From NCBI GenBank assembly GCA_035458865.1, contig DATHYZ010000020.1, positions 1 through 54,459 on the forward strand: a stretch of 54,459 nt of DNA, read 5' to 3'. Below the pieces are notes generated by a model. The model did not search any database. It saw only the letters and a list, made by a program, of their open reading frames with translations, and was not told where the DNA came from. This document shows positions 53,521-54,459 of this stretch, piece after piece. Numbering within the stretch: position 1 is the first letter of the stretch; every line of letters starts with the position of its first letter. Made by a program: the position numbers and the translations under genes. This DNA comes from Candidatus Limnocylindrales bacterium (lineage in GTDB: Bacteria > Chloroflexota > Limnocylindria > Limnocylindrales > CSP1-4).

Positions 53521-54147
53521 ATGAACACTCGACCGGCCCCGCATACCAATAGGGCATACGGCGCCCACCTGGGGCTCCGTGGAAGGGACGAGGCGGTGGA
53601 CCGCGATCTCGTGGAGGCCGCGCGACACGGCGATCCGGAGGCGTACATGGACGTCATCCGGTCGCGCGTCGACGGACTCTACGCGATCGCCCAGCGGATC
53701 CTCCGCGACGTCGATCGGGCCGAGGACGCGGTCCAGGACGCGCTGGTGATCGCCTGGCGCGACCTGCGAGCGCTCCGCGATCCGGACCGCTTCGACGCGT
53801 GGCTGCGCCGGGTCCTCGTCAACGTCTGTCTCGCCCAGGCGACGCGGGAGCGCCGCCTGATGGTCAAGCTCCGGGAGCTGGCGACCGACGGGCCGGCGGC
53901 TCCCGACGAACTGTTGAGCCTCCACGATCGCGACCAGCTCGAGCGCGGCTTCCGGAGGCTGCCGCCCGAGCAGCGAGCGATCCTCGTCATGCACCACTTC
54001 GTGGGCTACTCCTCGGTCGAGATCGGCGAGACGCTCGGGATCCCGCCGGGGACGGCCCGCTCACGACTCCATCACGCCCATCGAGCCATGCGCGCGGCGC
54101 TCGAGGCTGACGCCCGGGCCGTCGTCGCCGGAGGTGGATCCGCATGA
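53521..54147 (+). CDS. ECF-type RNA polymerase sigma-70 factor
   Basis: Region 2 (AEDAVQDALVIAWRDLRALRDPDRFDAWLRRVLVNVC) and region 4 (PPEQRAILVMHHFVGYSSVEIGETLGIPPGTARSRLHHAHRAMR). The true start may be downstream of 53521. Confidence 0.85.
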   Translation: MNTRPAPHTNRAYGAHLGLRGRDEAVDRDLVEAARHGDPEAYMDVIRSRVDGLYAIAQRILRDVDRAEDAVQDALVIAWRDLRALRDPDRFDAWLRRVLVNVCLAQATRERRLMVKLRELATDGPAAPDELLSLHDRDQLERGFRRLPPEQRAILVMHHFVGYSSVEIGETLGIPPGTARSRLHHAHRAMRAALEADARAVVAGGGSA

Positions 54148-54459
54148 GGCCCGATCGGGACATCGACGTCCTCCTGGATGCCTGGCTGGCCGAGGGGCCG
54201 CTCGAGGCCCCCGACCGCATCCTCGACGTCGTCGCGGATCGCGTCCACCGACGCCGCCCGGAGCCTGCCTGGCGCCTTGCCTGGAGGGACTCCCGGATGA
54301 ACACCGCCATCAAGCCGATCCTCGCGGCCGCCGCCGTCCTCGTCCTCTCGGTGGCGGGGGTGGCCGTGATCATGAACCAGCCGAGCCCCGGCATCGGCGG
54401 CCCGGAGGCGACGCCCACCCCGATCGCGTCACCGTCACCGTCACCGTCGCCGAGCTCGA
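54144..54459 (+). CDS. Putative anti-sigma factor, partial (runs off the right window edge)
   Basis: Not in the ORF track. The ATG overlaps the sigma stop (ATGA). MRPDRDIDVLLDAWLAEGPLEAPDRILDVV..., a TM helix IKPILAAAAVLVLSVAGVAVIM, then ATPTPIASPSPSPSPSS. It opens with MRPD like the anti-sigma at 6460. Confidence 0.6.
   Translation, partial: MRPDRDIDVLLDAWLAEGPLEAPDRILDVVADRVHRRRPEPAWRLAWRDSRMNTAIKPILAAAAVLVLSVAGVAVIMNQPSPGIGGPEATPTPIASPSPSPSPSS

Overview
Very GC-rich (about 70 percent or more, by eye) chromosomal segment. It most likely comes from an Actinomycetota-like genome: it has the CysO/CysM/Mec/MoeZ cysteine pathway, polyphosphate glucokinase, PASTA domains, ECF sigma/anti-sigma pairs and Pro/Thr/Ser-rich linkers. 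I call 48 protein-coding genes, two of them truncated by the window edges. They are tightly packed, with many 4-nt start/stop overlaps (ATGA/GTGA). I recognised no rRNA, tRNA, CRISPR array, transposase or integrase. Most of the long ORFs in the supplied track are Arg/Gly/Pro/Asp-rich shadow frames of real genes and were ignored. Real starts were often internal to track ORFs and were chosen from protein-family N-termini, GGAGG-like ribosome-binding sites and overlap with the upstream stop. Content, left to right: Fe-S carrier and thiolase; an ECF sigma/FecR-type anti-sigma pair next to a paralogous surface protein sharing an FN3-like repeat; a small acyl-CoA/flavin reductase operon and fumC; a permease, glutamine-synthetase-like, SDR and aldehyde dehydrogenase cluster; three ion transporters; purE; two large paralogous zinc-ribbon/class III cyclase/STAND-ATPase/TPR proteins; NAD-IDH; purK; a nucleoside hydrolase plus ECF transporter; tandem USP; and a sulfur super-cluster (moeZ-cysO-cysM-mec, sufU, sufS, sufC, Rrf2 regulator). 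Most notable observations: (1) a SulP-STAS anion transporter carrying an extra TM helix and two extracellular PASTA domains; (2) a perfect 25-bp inverted repeat (AATCCCGAC-N7-GTCGGGATT) present upstream of both the Rrf2 regulator and sufU, which fits an IscR-type operator; (3) a suf cluster without sufB/sufD, split by one of the cyclase-STAND genes; (4) unusual fusions: GrpB-PurK, rhodanese-first MoeZ and a C-terminally extended IDH. All functional calls rest on remembered family motifs; no searches were run.
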